Shown here: one piece after another, positions 29,780 to 39,779 of the stretch
Layout: the number at the start of each line of letters is the position of its first letter
Numbering within the stretch: position 1 is the stretch's first letter
Assembly (NCBI GenBank): GCA_963751345.1
Contig: CAVVUS010000014.1
Location: 96,001 to 160,000, forward strand
Reading direction: 5' to 3'
Length of the DNA stretch: 64,000 bases
From: an uncultured Chloroflexia bacterium
Lineage (GTDB): Bacteria > Chloroflexota > Anaerolineae > B4-G1 > SLSP01
Program-made: the position numbers and the translations under genes
Notes under the pieces: generated by a model
Databases searched by the model: none
Seen by the model: the letters and a program-made list of their open reading frames with translations, nothing else
Told to the model about the DNA's origin: nothing

Positions 29780-30760
29780 ATGGATATCGTAAGACTGGGA
29801 CGTTCAGGGCTCAAAGTATCACGCATCTGCCTGGGGACCATGACCTTCGGCTCGGGTGCCGACGAGGCTATGTCCTTCAGCTTGATGGATCGGTTCGTGG
29901 AATTGGGCGGCACCTTCCTCGATACCGCGAACGTCTACAACGGCGGGGCATCCGAGGAAATCGTTGGCCGCTGGATCAAAGAGCGCGGCGTCAGGGACGA
30001 CGTTGTACTGGCCACGAAGGTCTACGGGGCCACGGGGCCTGGGCCAAACGAAGCCGGGCTCTCCCGGATCAACATTCAGCGGGCGGTGGAGGCCAGCCTC
30101 AAACGCTTGCAGACCGACGTGATCGATCTCTACCAGATTCACCGGTGGGATTTCGAATCGCCGCCCGAGGAGACGCTGGGGGCGCTCGACGACCTGGTTC
30201 GCCAGGGCAAGGTACGCTACATCGGCTGTTCGAACTTGAAGGGGTGGCATCTCGCCAAGTACCTTGCGCTCGCGGCGACGCACCACCAGTCGCGGTTCGT
30301 GAGCATCCAGCCGCTTTACAGCGCGCTCAACCGCAGCATCGAGAACGAGGTCCTCGACGTGTGCGCCAATGAGGGCCTGGGCGTGATCCCCTACAATCCG
30401 TTGGCAGGTGGGGTATTGACCGGCAAGTACAAGCGTGGGCAGCCGCTTCCCGAGGATACGCGTCTGAGCGACTCGGAGGCCTATCGCCAGCGCTACTACA
30501 CCGAGACCACATTCGACATCGTGGAGGCCTTCGTCGAGGCCGCGGCGGAACGCGGCGTCACCCCGGCGCAGTTAGCCCTCGCGTGGGTTATGGCGGAGCC
30601 GCGCATCACCAGCCCCATCATCGGAGCCAGGAATCTGCGTCAGCTCAACGACACGCTGGGGCGGCTCGACTTCCAGCTCACGCCCGAGGATCGCGCCGAG
30701 ATCCCGTCCGTGCTGCCGGGCCGCTGGGTGGGCAGGGATCCCGTGTACGACCGGACGTAG
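29780..30760 (+). CDS. Aldo/keto reductase
   Basis: LGRSGLKVSRICLGTMTFG, DTANVY, SLKRLQTDVIDLYQIH, GKVRYIG, PLAGG. Confidence 0.95.
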   Translation: MDIVRLGRSGLKVSRICLGTMTFGSGADEAMSFSLMDRFVELGGTFLDTANVYNGGASEEIVGRWIKERGVRDDVVLATKVYGATGPGPNEAGLSRINIQRAVEASLKRLQTDVIDLYQIHRWDFESPPEETLGALDDLVRQGKVRYIGCSNLKGWHLAKYLALAATHHQSRFVSIQPLYSALNRSIENEVLDVCANEGLGVIPYNPLAGGVLTGKYKRGQPLPEDTRLSDSEAYRQRYYTETTFDIVEAFVEAAAERGVTPAQLALAWVMAEPRITSPIIGARNLRQLNDTLGRLDFQLTPEDRAEIPSVLPGRWVGRDPVYDRT

Positions 30761-30765
30761 GGGCT

Positions 30766-30810
30766 AAAACGTTGGAACGTTCAAACGTTTGAACGTTCCA
30801 ACGTTTTTTT
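30766..30810 (+). terminator. Perfect 42-bp palindrome plus U-tract (terminator-like)
   Basis: AAAACGTTGGAACGTTCAAAC-GTTTGAACGTTCCAACGTTTT followed by TTT. Confidence 0.7.
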
Positions 30811-30815
30811 CATAC

Positions 30816-30844
30816 TTGACACCAGCACGACTTTCGGGTACTAT
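30816..30844 (+). promoter_or_regulatory. Sigma70/SigA promoter of the trp operon
   Basis: TTGACA-N17-TACTAT immediately upstream of the T-box leader. Confidence 0.85.
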
Positions 30845-30867
30845 TGGTCACAATCTAAATACAGAAC

Positions 30868-31213
30868 AGCGTTGAACCGGAGAAGTAACATCGGCACGCG
30901 CGCCAGAGATGTGAGCCCAGCGGTGAAAGCTCACTCGCACACGGCAGATGTGAATGGACCGGGGAGCTGCCAGCCCGAACATGTATCCGGGGACGGATCT
31001 GGGTGGGGTCGGCCGGAGTCGCCACCGTTATCAAGGCAGAGGGTATCGGTTGTAGCTGGAACATAACCCGTACCTGCAAGAGTGGAGCTGGCTAATCGCG
31101 TCACACGACGCGATTTTTTGCGTTTATATAGGCATCACACACCAGCTCAAGTAGGGTGGCACCACGGGAAGCAAAACGCCTCTCGTCCCTTTTAGGGATG
31201 AGAGGCGTTTTTT
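30868..31213 (+). ncRNA. T-box riboswitch, Trp specifier
   Basis: AGTA (30884), AGAGA and GGTGAAA stem I motifs, specifier GAA-UGG-A (UGG 30955-30957), CCGTTA, T-box AAGTAGGGTGGCACCACGG (31149-31167), terminator hairpin 31173-31213. Confidence 0.95.
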
Positions 31214-31245
31214 GTTTTCCCAGCCGAGGATGAGGGGGAGTGAGA

Positions 31246-32766
31246 ATGAACACGACACAAAGACAGATGTCACGCAGCCAGTTTCGACAGGGCGCACAAC
31301 AGGGTGTCCTCGTGCCCGTCTATCGGGAACTGCCGGCCGACCTGGAGACGCCGGTCTCCGTCTATCTCAAACTGCGAGGCACGGGACCGAGCTTCCTGCT
31401 GGAGAGCGTGGAGCGTGCGGAGCAGATCGGACGGTACTCATTCCTGGGGTTCAATCCGCAACGCCAGATCATCACCCGCGGGCGAGAGCTAACCCTGGTT
31501 GAGGGCGATCGTACCGAGATCCGCAGCCTCGCCGAGGATGAGGATCCACTGGATGTCGTCAAGGCCGTGCTCGGCCGATTTCAGCCCATCGCGCCGGTCC
31601 ACGATCTGGTCACGGGCCTGCCGCGTTTCTTCGGCGGGGCCGTGGGTTACCTCGGGTATGACCTCGTGCGCTTCTTCGAGCACCTGCCCGACGACGAGGA
31701 CACCGATGACCTGGGACTGCCGGACCTTCACCTCCTTATCACGGACACGCTCGTCGTCTTCGATCACGTTCAGCACCGGCTGCTGCTCTTCGCCAATGCC
31801 CACGTCCCCGCGGGGAGCGACATCGAGGCAGCATACGAGGAGGCGGTGTCACGGCTCGATGCGCTCGAAACGAAGCTCCAGGCGCCCCTGTCCCTGCCAC
31901 CCACCGCGGCACGGGCCGATGGCCACGCTCTCTCCTCGACGATGACGCAGCCGCAATACGAGGCCGCGGTGCGCGCAGGGAAAGCCTACATCAAGGCAGG
32001 TGACGCCTTTCAGGTCGTCCTCTCGCAGCGGCTGGCCCGCCCTACGGAGGCCGAGCCGTTCAGCATCTACCGGACCCTCCGCCGGGTCAATCCCTCCCCC
32101 TATATGTTCTTCCTCGACCTGGGAGGCGAGCCCGCGACTTGCCTGATCGGGTCGTCGCCGGAGGTGCTGGTACGCCTGCAGGATCGCACCGCCGCCGTCC
32201 GCCCCATCGCTGGAACGAGACCCCGGGGGAAGGATGCCGCCGATGACAAGCGACTGGAGGCGGAACTGCTGGCCGATCCGAAAGAGCGCGCAGAGCACGT
32301 GATGCTCGTCGATCTGGGGCGCAACGATCTCGGTCGCGTCTGCGAGTTCAACACCATCCACGTGCCGGAGCTGTTCGTAACGGAGCGCTACTCTCACGTC
32401 ATCCACCTCGTCAGCCACGTCGAAGGCCAACTGCGCGAGGGCCTCGACGCTTTCGATCTGCTGCGGGCCACTTTCCCGGCGGGTACGGTAAGCGGCGCGC
32501 CTAAGGTCAGGGCGATGGAAATCATCGAGGAGCTGGAGGGCCTGCGGCGTGGGCCGTATGCCGGGGCCGTCGGCTACTTCGGCTTCAACGGCAATATGGA
32601 CACGTGCATCACGATTCGCACCATCGTGATGCGAGGCCAGACGGCCTATCTGCAGGCCGGGGCCGGCATTGTCGCGGATAGCGACCCGGAGCGTGAGTAC
32701 CACGAGACCCTGCATAAGGCCGAGGCACTCAGTACGGCCATACGGATGGCAGAGGAAGGAATCTAA
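31246..32766 (+). CDS. trpE: Anthranilate synthase component I
   Basis: FLLESVE, FQVVLSQR, NPSPYM, GSSPE, PIAGTR, KERAEHVMLVDLGRND, FPAGTVSGAPK. Confidence 0.97.
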   Translation: MNTTQRQMSRSQFRQGAQQGVLVPVYRELPADLETPVSVYLKLRGTGPSFLLESVERAEQIGRYSFLGFNPQRQIITRGRELTLVEGDRTEIRSLAEDEDPLDVVKAVLGRFQPIAPVHDLVTGLPRFFGGAVGYLGYDLVRFFEHLPDDEDTDDLGLPDLHLLITDTLVVFDHVQHRLLLFANAHVPAGSDIEAAYEEAVSRLDALETKLQAPLSLPPTAARADGHALSSTMTQPQYEAAVRAGKAYIKAGDAFQVVLSQRLARPTEAEPFSIYRTLRRVNPSPYMFFLDLGGEPATCLIGSSPEVLVRLQDRTAAVRPIAGTRPRGKDAADDKRLEAELLADPKERAEHVMLVDLGRNDLGRVCEFNTIHVPELFVTERYSHVIHLVSHVEGQLREGLDAFDLLRATFPAGTVSGAPKVRAMEIIEELEGLRRGPYAGAVGYFGFNGNMDTCITIRTIVMRGQTAYLQAGAGIVADSDPEREYHETLHKAEALSTAIRMAEEGI

Positions 32767-32779
32767 GGAGGAGAGAGCG

Positions 32780-33370
32780 ATGATACTGGTGATCGATAAC
32801 TACGATTCGTTTACCTATAACCTGGTGCAATACCTGGGCGAGCTCGGGGCCGACATCGTCGTGAAACGCAACGATGCGATCACACTCGACGAGGTCAGGC
32901 AGCTTCACCCCAGCCACGTCATCATCTCGCCCGGGCCGGGCACGCCGGAGGATGGAGGCATCTCCGTCGAGCTGATCCGGGCGCTCTACACGACGACGCC
33001 GATCCTGGGGGTCTGCCTCGGGCACCAGTGCATCGGGGCGGCCTTCGGCGGAAAGATCGACGCAGCGCCGCGTCTGATGCACGGCAAGACAAGCCCCATC
33101 TATCACTACAGCCAATCCATCTTCGATGGCGTGCCCAGTCCCTTCACCGGGATGCGCTACCACAGCCTTCTCGTCCACGAACCCGTGCCCGACTGTCTGA
33201 AGGTAACCGCCTTCACGACGGAAGGGGAGATCATGGCATTGGAACATCGGAGCGCGCCCGTGGTCGGCCTGCAGTTTCACCCCGAAAGTATCCTGACCGA
33301 GCACGGCAAGACCATTCTGAGCAATTTCCTCAACCTGTACGGAGGTTATCATGATCCGCGAAGCAATTGA
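32780..33370 (+). CDS. trpG: Anthranilate synthase component II (glutamine amidotransferase)
   Basis: IDNYDSFTYNL, ISPGPG, GVCLGHQ, RYHSL, QFHPES. Confidence 0.96.
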   Translation: MILVIDNYDSFTYNLVQYLGELGADIVVKRNDAITLDEVRQLHPSHVIISPGPGTPEDGGISVELIRALYTTTPILGVCLGHQCIGAAFGGKIDAAPRLMHGKTSPIYHYSQSIFDGVPSPFTGMRYHSLLVHEPVPDCLKVTAFTTEGEIMALEHRSAPVVGLQFHPESILTEHGKTILSNFLNLYGGYHDPRSN

Positions 33371-34393
33371 TCGACTACTTGCGGGACAGTCCCTCTCGGC
33401 GGAAGAGGCCGAGGATGTGATGGACGAGGTCATGGGGGAGAGGCCACCTCGGCGCAGATAGCAGGCTTCCTCATCGCCCTCCGTGCCAAGGGCGAGACCG
33501 TGAACGAGATCACCGGCTGTGCGCGTGCGATGCGCCGGGCAGCGACCAGGGTCCATCCCAGCCACGACAGTCTGATCGACACGTGCGGGACCGGGGGTGA
33601 CAAAGCCGGGACCTTTAACATCTCCACCACGACGGCCTTTGTGGTCGCGGGCGCGAACGTCCACGTCGCCAAGCATGGCAACCGGAGCGTCAGCAGCAAG
33701 TCGGGCAGCGCCGACGTCCTCAAGGCTCTGGGCGTAGCCCTGGAGCTGACGCCTGACCAGGTGGCACAATGCATCGATGAGATCGGCATCGGCTTCCTCT
33801 TCGCCCCGCTGCTCCATCCCGCCATGAAATACGCCATCGGGCCGCGTCGCGAACTCGGCGTGCGGACGATCTTCAACATCCTCGGCCCGCTGACCAATCC
33901 CGCGGACGCGAAAGCCCAACTGCTCGGCGTGTACGACCCGGCCCTCACCGACGTCCTCGCCCACGTCCTCAAGGCGCTGGGATCGCGCGCGGCGTACGTC
34001 GTCCACGGCCACGGCGGGCTCGACGAACTGACGACCACCGGACCCAACCGCGTGAGCCACTTCGGCGTCGGCGACACTAACGGCACGGTCGTCACGGAGA
34101 CCCTGGACCCGCAGGACGTGGGCTTCGAGCTGGCAACGCGGGAGGAGCTTGCCGGCGGTGATCCTGAGGCGAACGCGGCCATCACCCTCGCCCTGCTCTC
34201 CGGCAGGGAGCGCGGCCCGCGGCGAGACGTGGTGCTGCTCAACGCCGGCGCCGCGCTGCTGGTGAGCGGCACGGCGACCGATCTGCCGGGCGGCATTGCG
34301 CAGGCGGCCGAGAGCATCGACAGTGGTGCAGCGCTCGAAAAGCTGCAGGCGCTCATCCGTACCAGCCAGAGGCTGGCTGCCCAAGCGGCATAG
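33351..34393 (+). CDS. trpD: Anthranilate phosphoribosyltransferase (1-bp deletion in the G-run near 33434-33438)
   Basis: MIREAIDRLLAG N-terminus, then DTCGTGGD, FNIST, KHGNRSVSSKSGSAD, RTIFNILGPL. Confidence 0.95.
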
Positions 34394-34399
34394 ACAGAG

Positions 34400-35205
34400 A
34401 TGATCACCGGAACGATCCTGGACGAGATTATCGCCCACAAGCGTGTGGAGATCGCACGGGAGAAAGAGCGACAGCCGCCGGCAGACGTCCGCGATGCGGC
34501 AGCGCACGCGGCGCGCGCCGCGGGACTTCCTTGCCGCCCTCCGTGCTCCGGGCGTCTCGCTCATCGCGGAGGTCAAGCGTGCATCGCCGAGCGCCGGGGA
34601 TCTGCGGCCGGACCTCGATCCTGCCGGCCAGGCCGGGATCTATGAGAGCAACGGCGCTGCGGCGATCAGCGTGCTTACCGATCAGCGCTTCTTCCACGGC
34701 AGCCTGGAGGATCTGCACGCCATCCGGTCCACGGTCTCGCTCCCCGTACTGCGCAAGGACTTCATCCTCGATCCCTACCAGGTGGCCCAGGCCCGCGCCC
34801 ACGAGGCGGACGCCATCCTGCTCATCGTCGCCGCGCTCGACGACGCCAGCTTGCGCGACCTTCAAGCCTTGGCCTTCGACATGGGGATGGCTGTCCTCGT
34901 CGAGGTGCACAACCGCGAAGAACTGGACCGGGCGCTCGCCCTCGACCCGCAGATCGTCGGCATCAACAACCGCGACCTGCGCACCTTTGACGTCAGCCTG
35001 GCGACAACCGCCAGCCTGCGCCCCTACGTCCCCGAGCGGGACGATGCTCGTCGCGGAGAGCGGCATCCACACCCCCGCCGACGTACGCCGGCTCCGCGAC
35101 ATCGGCGTCGACGCAATGCTCGTGGGCACAGCCCTCGTTACCGCAGCCGACACGCCGGCGATGGTGCGGTCGCTGGTGGCGGCGGGAGAACTGAATGGGG
35201 AATGA
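34400..35205 (+). CDS. trpC: Indole-3-glycerol-phosphate synthase (indels near 34510 and 35035)
   Basis: ILDEIIAHK, IAEVKRASPS, LRKDFI, VEVH, GINNRDL, VAESGI spread over three frames. Confidence 0.93.
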
Positions 35206-35342
35206 AAGAATCAGGAATGAGCGACAAGGCGAGAGGATGAGAAAGTGAGAACTTCCGATCAATCGTCGCGCGTCACCCGTCACCGTCACACCGGGACCTC
35301 ACCGCCCTCGCTTCCCAGCCCTGACCGCCGGAGGCCCTGCCT

Positions 35343-36047
35343 ATGACTAAGATCAAGATCTGCGGCATCACCAACATCGACGACGCGGTCGTCGCGGCGG
35401 AGGCCGGAGCGGACTTCCTGGGCTTCATATTCCATCCGCCCAGCCCACGCTATGTCACGATCGACGCCGTGCGGGCCATCACCGGCGCGCTCTGGGCGAA
35501 GTTCGGCATCCAGGCGCCACGCTGCGTGGGCGTGTTCGTCGACGTGCCCGCAGATGTGGTGAGGACAACGATGGCACAGTCGGGGCTCGACCTCGCCCAA
35601 CTGCACGGCAGCGAACCACCCGACGTCGTGACCGCACTGCAGCCCTGTGCCTTCAAGGCGATTCGGCCACAAACGCGGGATGAAGCAGCCGCAGCTTACC
35701 ACGCCTACGTTGATACCGCTGCACCACGACGTCCCGACCGTCCGCAGCTGCTGGTCGATGCGTACCATCCACACGGTCGCGGGGGGCACAGGAGAACGGC
35801 GCCGATGTCACCATCGCCCGATGGCTTGCCGAACGATGTGTCATGATGTTGGCCGGTGGTCTGACGCCGGAGAACGTCGCCGATGCCATCGAGAGAGATG
35901 CAGCCTTGGGGCGTCGACGTCTCCAGCGGCGTCGAGGTGGCGAAGGGGCGCAAGGACCATACGAAAGTCAGAGCATTTATCGAAGCAGTGCGTTCGAGCA
36001 CGGCCGCGGTGCGCGCAAGCACTGCCGATCACGGAGTTACTCAATGA
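35343..36047 (+). CDS. trpF: Phosphoribosylanthranilate isomerase (indels ~35775-35900)
   Basis: [41 protein letters not shown]; stop overlaps the trpB start. Confidence 0.92.
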
Positions 36048-37264
36048 CCACGACTCACAAGACACTGTTATTGTCCGACGGCCCTTACTACGGCGCCTAC
36101 GGCGGCCGGTTCGTCCCGGAGATCCTGGTGCCCGCAGTGCAGGAACTAGAGACGGCCTACGACAAAGCCCGTGCCGACCCGGCATTCCGAGCGGAGCTCG
36201 ACGAATTGTTGCATACCTACGCCGGACGCCCAACCCCTTTGTCGCCCGCCCACCGGCTGACAGAGGCGCTGGGCGGGGCACGGATCTACCTCAAGCGCGA
36301 GGACCTGGCGCACACCGGCGCACACAAAATCAACAATGCTTTGGGCCAGGCGCTTCTGGCACGGCGGATGGGTAAGCACCGCATCGTCGCAGAGACCGGC
36401 GCGGGGCAACATGGCGTGGCGACGGCCACCGTCTGCGCGCTGCTGGGGATCGAGTGTGTTATCTATATGGGCACCACCGATATCGAGCGCCAGAGCCTCA
36501 ACGTCTTCCGTATGAAGCTTCTCGGTGCGGATGTTCGCGCAGTGGATAGCGGCAGTTGCACGCTCAAGGATGCCATCAATGAAGCCATTCGCGATTGGGT
36601 CACCAACGTGGAGAGCACGCACTATCTGCTCGGGTCGGCGCTGGGCCCCCATCCCTACCCGCGCATTGTCCGCGATTTCCAACGCGTCATCGGGGTAGAG
36701 GCGAGACAACAGATCCTCGACGCCGAGGGACGGCTGCCCGACCTCCTCATCGCGTGCGTCGGCGGGGGCTCCAATGCCATCGGCCTCTTCCATCCGTTCC
36801 TGGACGACCTGGACGTGGCTATGGTCGGCGTGGAGGCCGGGGGAACGGGCATCGAGGGCGGGCGACACGCTGCCCGCTTCGCCGATCCCGAGAGAGGTCG
36901 ACTGGGCGTGCTCCACGGGACCCAGACCTACGTGCTGCAGGATTCCGACGGACAGATCGCGCTGACCCACAGCATCTCCGCCGGGTTGGACTATGCCGCG
37001 ATTGGGCCGGAGCACGCCTGGTTGCGCGACGTGGACCGTGCCGACTATACCTACGCCACCGACGATGAAGCCCTGGATGCGCTCCAACGGCTCAGCGAAC
37101 TGGAGGGCATCATCCCTGCGCTGGAAAGCGCCCACGCCGTTGCGGAGGCGATCAAGCGTGCTCCACAGATGTCGCCCAACAACCTGATCATCGTGAACAT
37201 CAGCGGTCGTGGGGATAAGGATATGCATACGGTCGCGGGAGCGCTGGGGGTGAGGCTGACGTAG
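36044..37264 (+). CDS. trpB: Tryptophan synthase beta chain
   Basis: [63 protein letters not shown]. Confidence 0.98.
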   Translation: MTTTHKTLLLSDGPYYGAYGGRFVPEILVPAVQELETAYDKARADPAFRAELDELLHTYAGRPTPLSPAHRLTEALGGARIYLKREDLAHTGAHKINNALGQALLARRMGKHRIVAETGAGQHGVATATVCALLGIECVIYMGTTDIERQSLNVFRMKLLGADVRAVDSGSCTLKDAINEAIRDWVTNVESTHYLLGSALGPHPYPRIVRDFQRVIGVEARQQILDAEGRLPDLLIACVGGGSNAIGLFHPFLDDLDVAMVGVEAGGTGIEGGRHAARFADPERGRLGVLHGTQTYVLQDSDGQIALTHSISAGLDYAAIGPEHAWLRDVDRADYTYATDDEALDALQRLSELEGIIPALESAHAVAEAIKRAPQMSPNNLIIVNISGRGDKDMHTVAGALGVRLT

Positions 37265-37289
37265 CCGGTGACGATATGATCGAAGGCTG

Positions 37290-37388
37290 CTCTCTCGTTC
37301 GTTGTCTCGCGCTTACGCTCTTTCGCTCACTCGCTTTTTCGCTGATTCTGTATTCTTGTATTCTACGATTCTTACATCCTTGCTTCCC
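37290..37388. repeat. Pyrimidine-rich 8-mer tandem repeat tract between trpB and trpA
   Basis: TCGCT/ACGCT units then ATTCTGT/ATTCTTGT/ATTCTACG/ATTCTTAC units. Confidence 0.6.
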
Positions 37389-37398
37389 GGAGGTCCCT

Positions 37399-38193
37399 TT
37401 GAGCCGTATAGAAGCCACATTTCAACAGTTGAGACAGGCGGGGCGTACGGCGCTGATGCCTTATCTCACGATGGGCTATCCCGAACGCGATAGCGCGCTC
37501 TCGCTCGTGCCCGCCATCGCAGAGGCCGGTGCCGATCTGATCGAGTTGGGCGTTCCCTTCAGCGATCCTCTGGCGGACGGACCCACGATCCAGGCGTCCT
37601 CCCAGCGAGCGCTGGAGAACGGAATGAGCCTTTCGCGCTGCCTGTCCCAAGCCAGGGCCCTGCGCGCCGCAGGAGTGAAAATCCCCTTTGTCCTGATGGG
37701 ATACTACAATCCCGTCCTTCAACTCGGCATCAAGCGTTTCGCAGGCGAGGCCGCCACTGCCGGTATCGACGGCGTGATCATTCCGGACCTGCCTCCGGAA
37801 GAGGCAGAGAGCGTGCAGCCTGTGCTGCAGGCGGCGGGTCTCGACCTGGTCTACCTCGTCGCGCCGACCTCCGACGCCGCCCGCATCTACACCGTCACCG
37901 AGCATTCGGACGGCTTTGTCTACCTGGTCTCGCTCGTGGGGGTGACGGGTGCTCGAGACCAACTGACCCGCGATTTGGGGGAGTTTGTCGCCCGGGTCAG
38001 AGCCGCGACGTCAAAGCCCCTCGCCGTCGGGTTTGGCATCGGCACGCCCGAGCAAGCTGCAGAGGTCGCCGGTCTGGCCGACGGCGTGATCGTCGGCAGC
38101 GCTCTGATCAAGGCGATTGGTGGAGCCGAGGATCCCGTAGCAGCGGCCCGTGACTTCGTGGCAGCGCTGCGCCAGGGCATCGAGGAAGCCTAG
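37399..38193 (+). CDS. trpA: Tryptophan synthase alpha chain
   Basis: TTG start after GGAGGT; IELGVPFSDPLADGPTIQ, MGYYNP, PDLPPEE, GVTGAR, VGFGI. Confidence 0.97.
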   Translation: MSRIEATFQQLRQAGRTALMPYLTMGYPERDSALSLVPAIAEAGADLIELGVPFSDPLADGPTIQASSQRALENGMSLSRCLSQARALRAAGVKIPFVLMGYYNPVLQLGIKRFAGEAATAGIDGVIIPDLPPEEAESVQPVLQAAGLDLVYLVAPTSDAARIYTVTEHSDGFVYLVSLVGVTGARDQLTRDLGEFVARVRAATSKPLAVGFGIGTPEQAAEVAGLADGVIVGSALIKAIGGAEDPVAAARDFVAALRQGIEEA

Positions 38194-38197
38194 CGTC

Positions 38198-38259
38198 AAG
38201 ACCTTTGGGGTTTCTCTGTCGAGTGAGTGCCTGCTAGACAAAGAAACCCCAAAGGTCTT
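38198..38259. repeat. REP-like palindrome / probable terminator after trpA
   Basis: AAGACCTTTGGGGTTTCT...AGAAACCCCAAAGGTCTT. Confidence 0.8.
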
Positions 38260-38337
38260 CTGCCCTTGAGGTTCACGCCGGGCGATGCTATGATATCAGG
38301 CAGCGAAACCCCAACGACATCACCATAGGAGAAAGCC

Positions 38338-38889
38338 ATGAACGTCCTTGTCATCTATTCGAGTCCGAACCGTGACGGCCTGACCGCTGCCTGTGCCAAC
38401 GCAGCCTTGGAGGGTGCACGCGCGGCAGGCGCGACCGTCGAGGAAGTGCGACTTAACGATCTCGACGTCGGCATGTGCCAGGCATGCAACAATGGCTGGG
38501 GCACCTGCTCGCCGGAGCATGAGTGCCAGGTCGAGGATGATTTCCAGGCCCTTCACGCCAGGACGTGCGCTGCAGATGCGCTGATCCTGGTCACACCCGT
38601 TTACTGGGGGGAGATGAGTGAATCCGCCAAAGCGTTCACCGACCGCTTCCGCCGCTGTGAGGCTACCCGCGGCGACCAGAGTGGCCTGGCAGGTAAGCCC
38701 GTGCTCGCCGTCGCGGCGGCCGGGGGCAGCGGTGGCGGGATGATCACCTGTCTGGCGAGTATGGAACGCTGGATCCGCCACGTTCGTGCCTCGGTCTGGG
38801 ATCTGCTGCCCGTCAACCGCTGGAGCAGGGCCTACAAACTGACCGCAATTCAGCAGGCCGCTGGGGCGATGGTAGAGGCGCAATCTTAG
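38338..38889 (+). CDS. Flavodoxin-family / iron-sulfur flavoprotein (FMN reductase-like)
   Basis: SSPNRDGLT, CQAC....C.....C cysteine cluster, TPVYWG. Confidence 0.88.
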   Translation: MNVLVIYSSPNRDGLTAACANAALEGARAAGATVEEVRLNDLDVGMCQACNNGWGTCSPEHECQVEDDFQALHARTCAADALILVTPVYWGEMSESAKAFTDRFRRCEATRGDQSGLAGKPVLAVAAAGGSGGGMITCLASMERWIRHVRASVWDLLPVNRWSRAYKLTAIQQAAGAMVEAQS

Positions 38890-39010
38890 CATCTGCGCTC
38901 ACGGGGTACAGGGGACGTGGGACAATCTTTCCGGGTGGCAGGTCCCGGCGAGGCACAATCCAGGTCAGGAAGCACGCTCTGACCCTGTAATCTCTGACTC
39001 CCTGCCCCTG

Positions 39011-39039
39011 TTGATAATACAGTCAATTCGCTGTATACT
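39011..39039 (+). promoter_or_regulatory. TA operon promoter with palindromic operator
   Basis: TTGATA-N17-TATACT; inverted repeat ATACAG-N8-CTGTAT (39017-39036) overlaps the spacer and -10. Confidence 0.7.
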
Positions 39040-39076
39040 ATGTACATTCCAATGAAGGTATAACAGGAGGTGCGAC

Positions 39077-39346
39077 GTGTCTCAAAAGGTGAAAGTCACA
39101 GTGACACTTCCCTCCGAGATCATGGAAGTCATTCGCAAGGAGGCAGAGCCACGCGGCTACAGCAAGTTCATCGCCGACGCGGTGACCTATTACATCCAGG
39201 AGCAACAGAGGTCGGCCCTGAGAGAGAGGCTGGTTGAGGGCTACCAGGCCAGCGCCGAGCGCGACCAGACACTAGCTGAAGAGTGGCGCGCTCTTGAGGA
39301 TGAAGTGTGGTCGGAGAACGATGTCCCGATTGAGGAAGACGAGTGA
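39077..39346 (+). CDS. Ribbon-helix-helix antitoxin (MazE/EndoAI-like)
   Basis: KVTVTLP beta strand, SKFIADAV, LVEGYQ, acidic tail; overlaps the toxin start. Confidence 0.85.
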   Translation: MSQKVKVTVTLPSEIMEVIRKEAEPRGYSKFIADAVTYYIQEQQRSALRERLVEGYQASAERDQTLAEEWRALEDEVWSENDVPIEEDE

Positions 39347-39699
39347 CGGGGCGGCGCTTCCGGCGAGGGGACATCTGGACGGTAAACCTTGAGCCGGTTG
39401 TGGGCTCGGAACAGGGCAAAGCCCGTCCCGCGCTCATTATCCAGAATGACATCGGCAACCTTTACAGCCCAGTGCTAATCGTGGCAGCTCTCACCTCGGG
39501 GGACAACGCGCGCTACGACGTGCAAGTCGAAGTCAAGGCCCCGGAAGGAGGATTGCGCCGCAACTCGATCGTGCTCCTGAACCAGATCCGAACGATCGAC
39601 AAGCAGCGGCTGGGACGGTACTGGGGGCATCTGTCCACACAAACGATGCAGCGGGTGGACGAAGCCATCAGGATCAGCTTGGGCCTGGTACCACTCTAG
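39343..39699 (+). CDS. mazF: Type II toxin, PemK/MazF family endoribonuclease
   Basis: RRGDIW.V.L.PV.GSEQGK.RPALIIQND.GN, QIRTIDKQRL. Confidence 0.93.
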   Translation: MTGRRFRRGDIWTVNLEPVVGSEQGKARPALIIQNDIGNLYSPVLIVAALTSGDNARYDVQVEVKAPEGGLRRNSIVLLNQIRTIDKQRLGRYWGHLSTQTMQRVDEAIRISLGLVPL

Positions 39700-39779
39700 G
39701 TTCTTTCGACGATCGTACGGCGTCGGACGCCGTGCGATCCTGGCTTCACCTCATTGAGAAGCGGTACCGCTCTCGCCGC

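Noticed and set aside
32729-34576. 615-aa antisense ORF, and similar long shadow ORFs such as 26207-27547 and 56504-57697
   Set aside because: They lie opposite well-supported genes, lack motifs, and are expected from high-GC codon bias.
33351-36047. Frameshifts in trpD, trpC and trpF suggesting a decaying trp operon or programmed frameshifting
   Set aside because: Similar single-base indels, mostly in homopolymers, hit many unrelated genes (GH92, NagB-like, meaB, permease, CDF, methyltransferase) with no in-frame stops or motif decay. Long-read error is the simpler explanation.
38900-38990. CAGGTCAGGAAGCA resembling the SRP RNA core
   Set aside because: Lacks the full helix-8 context and long flanking stem.
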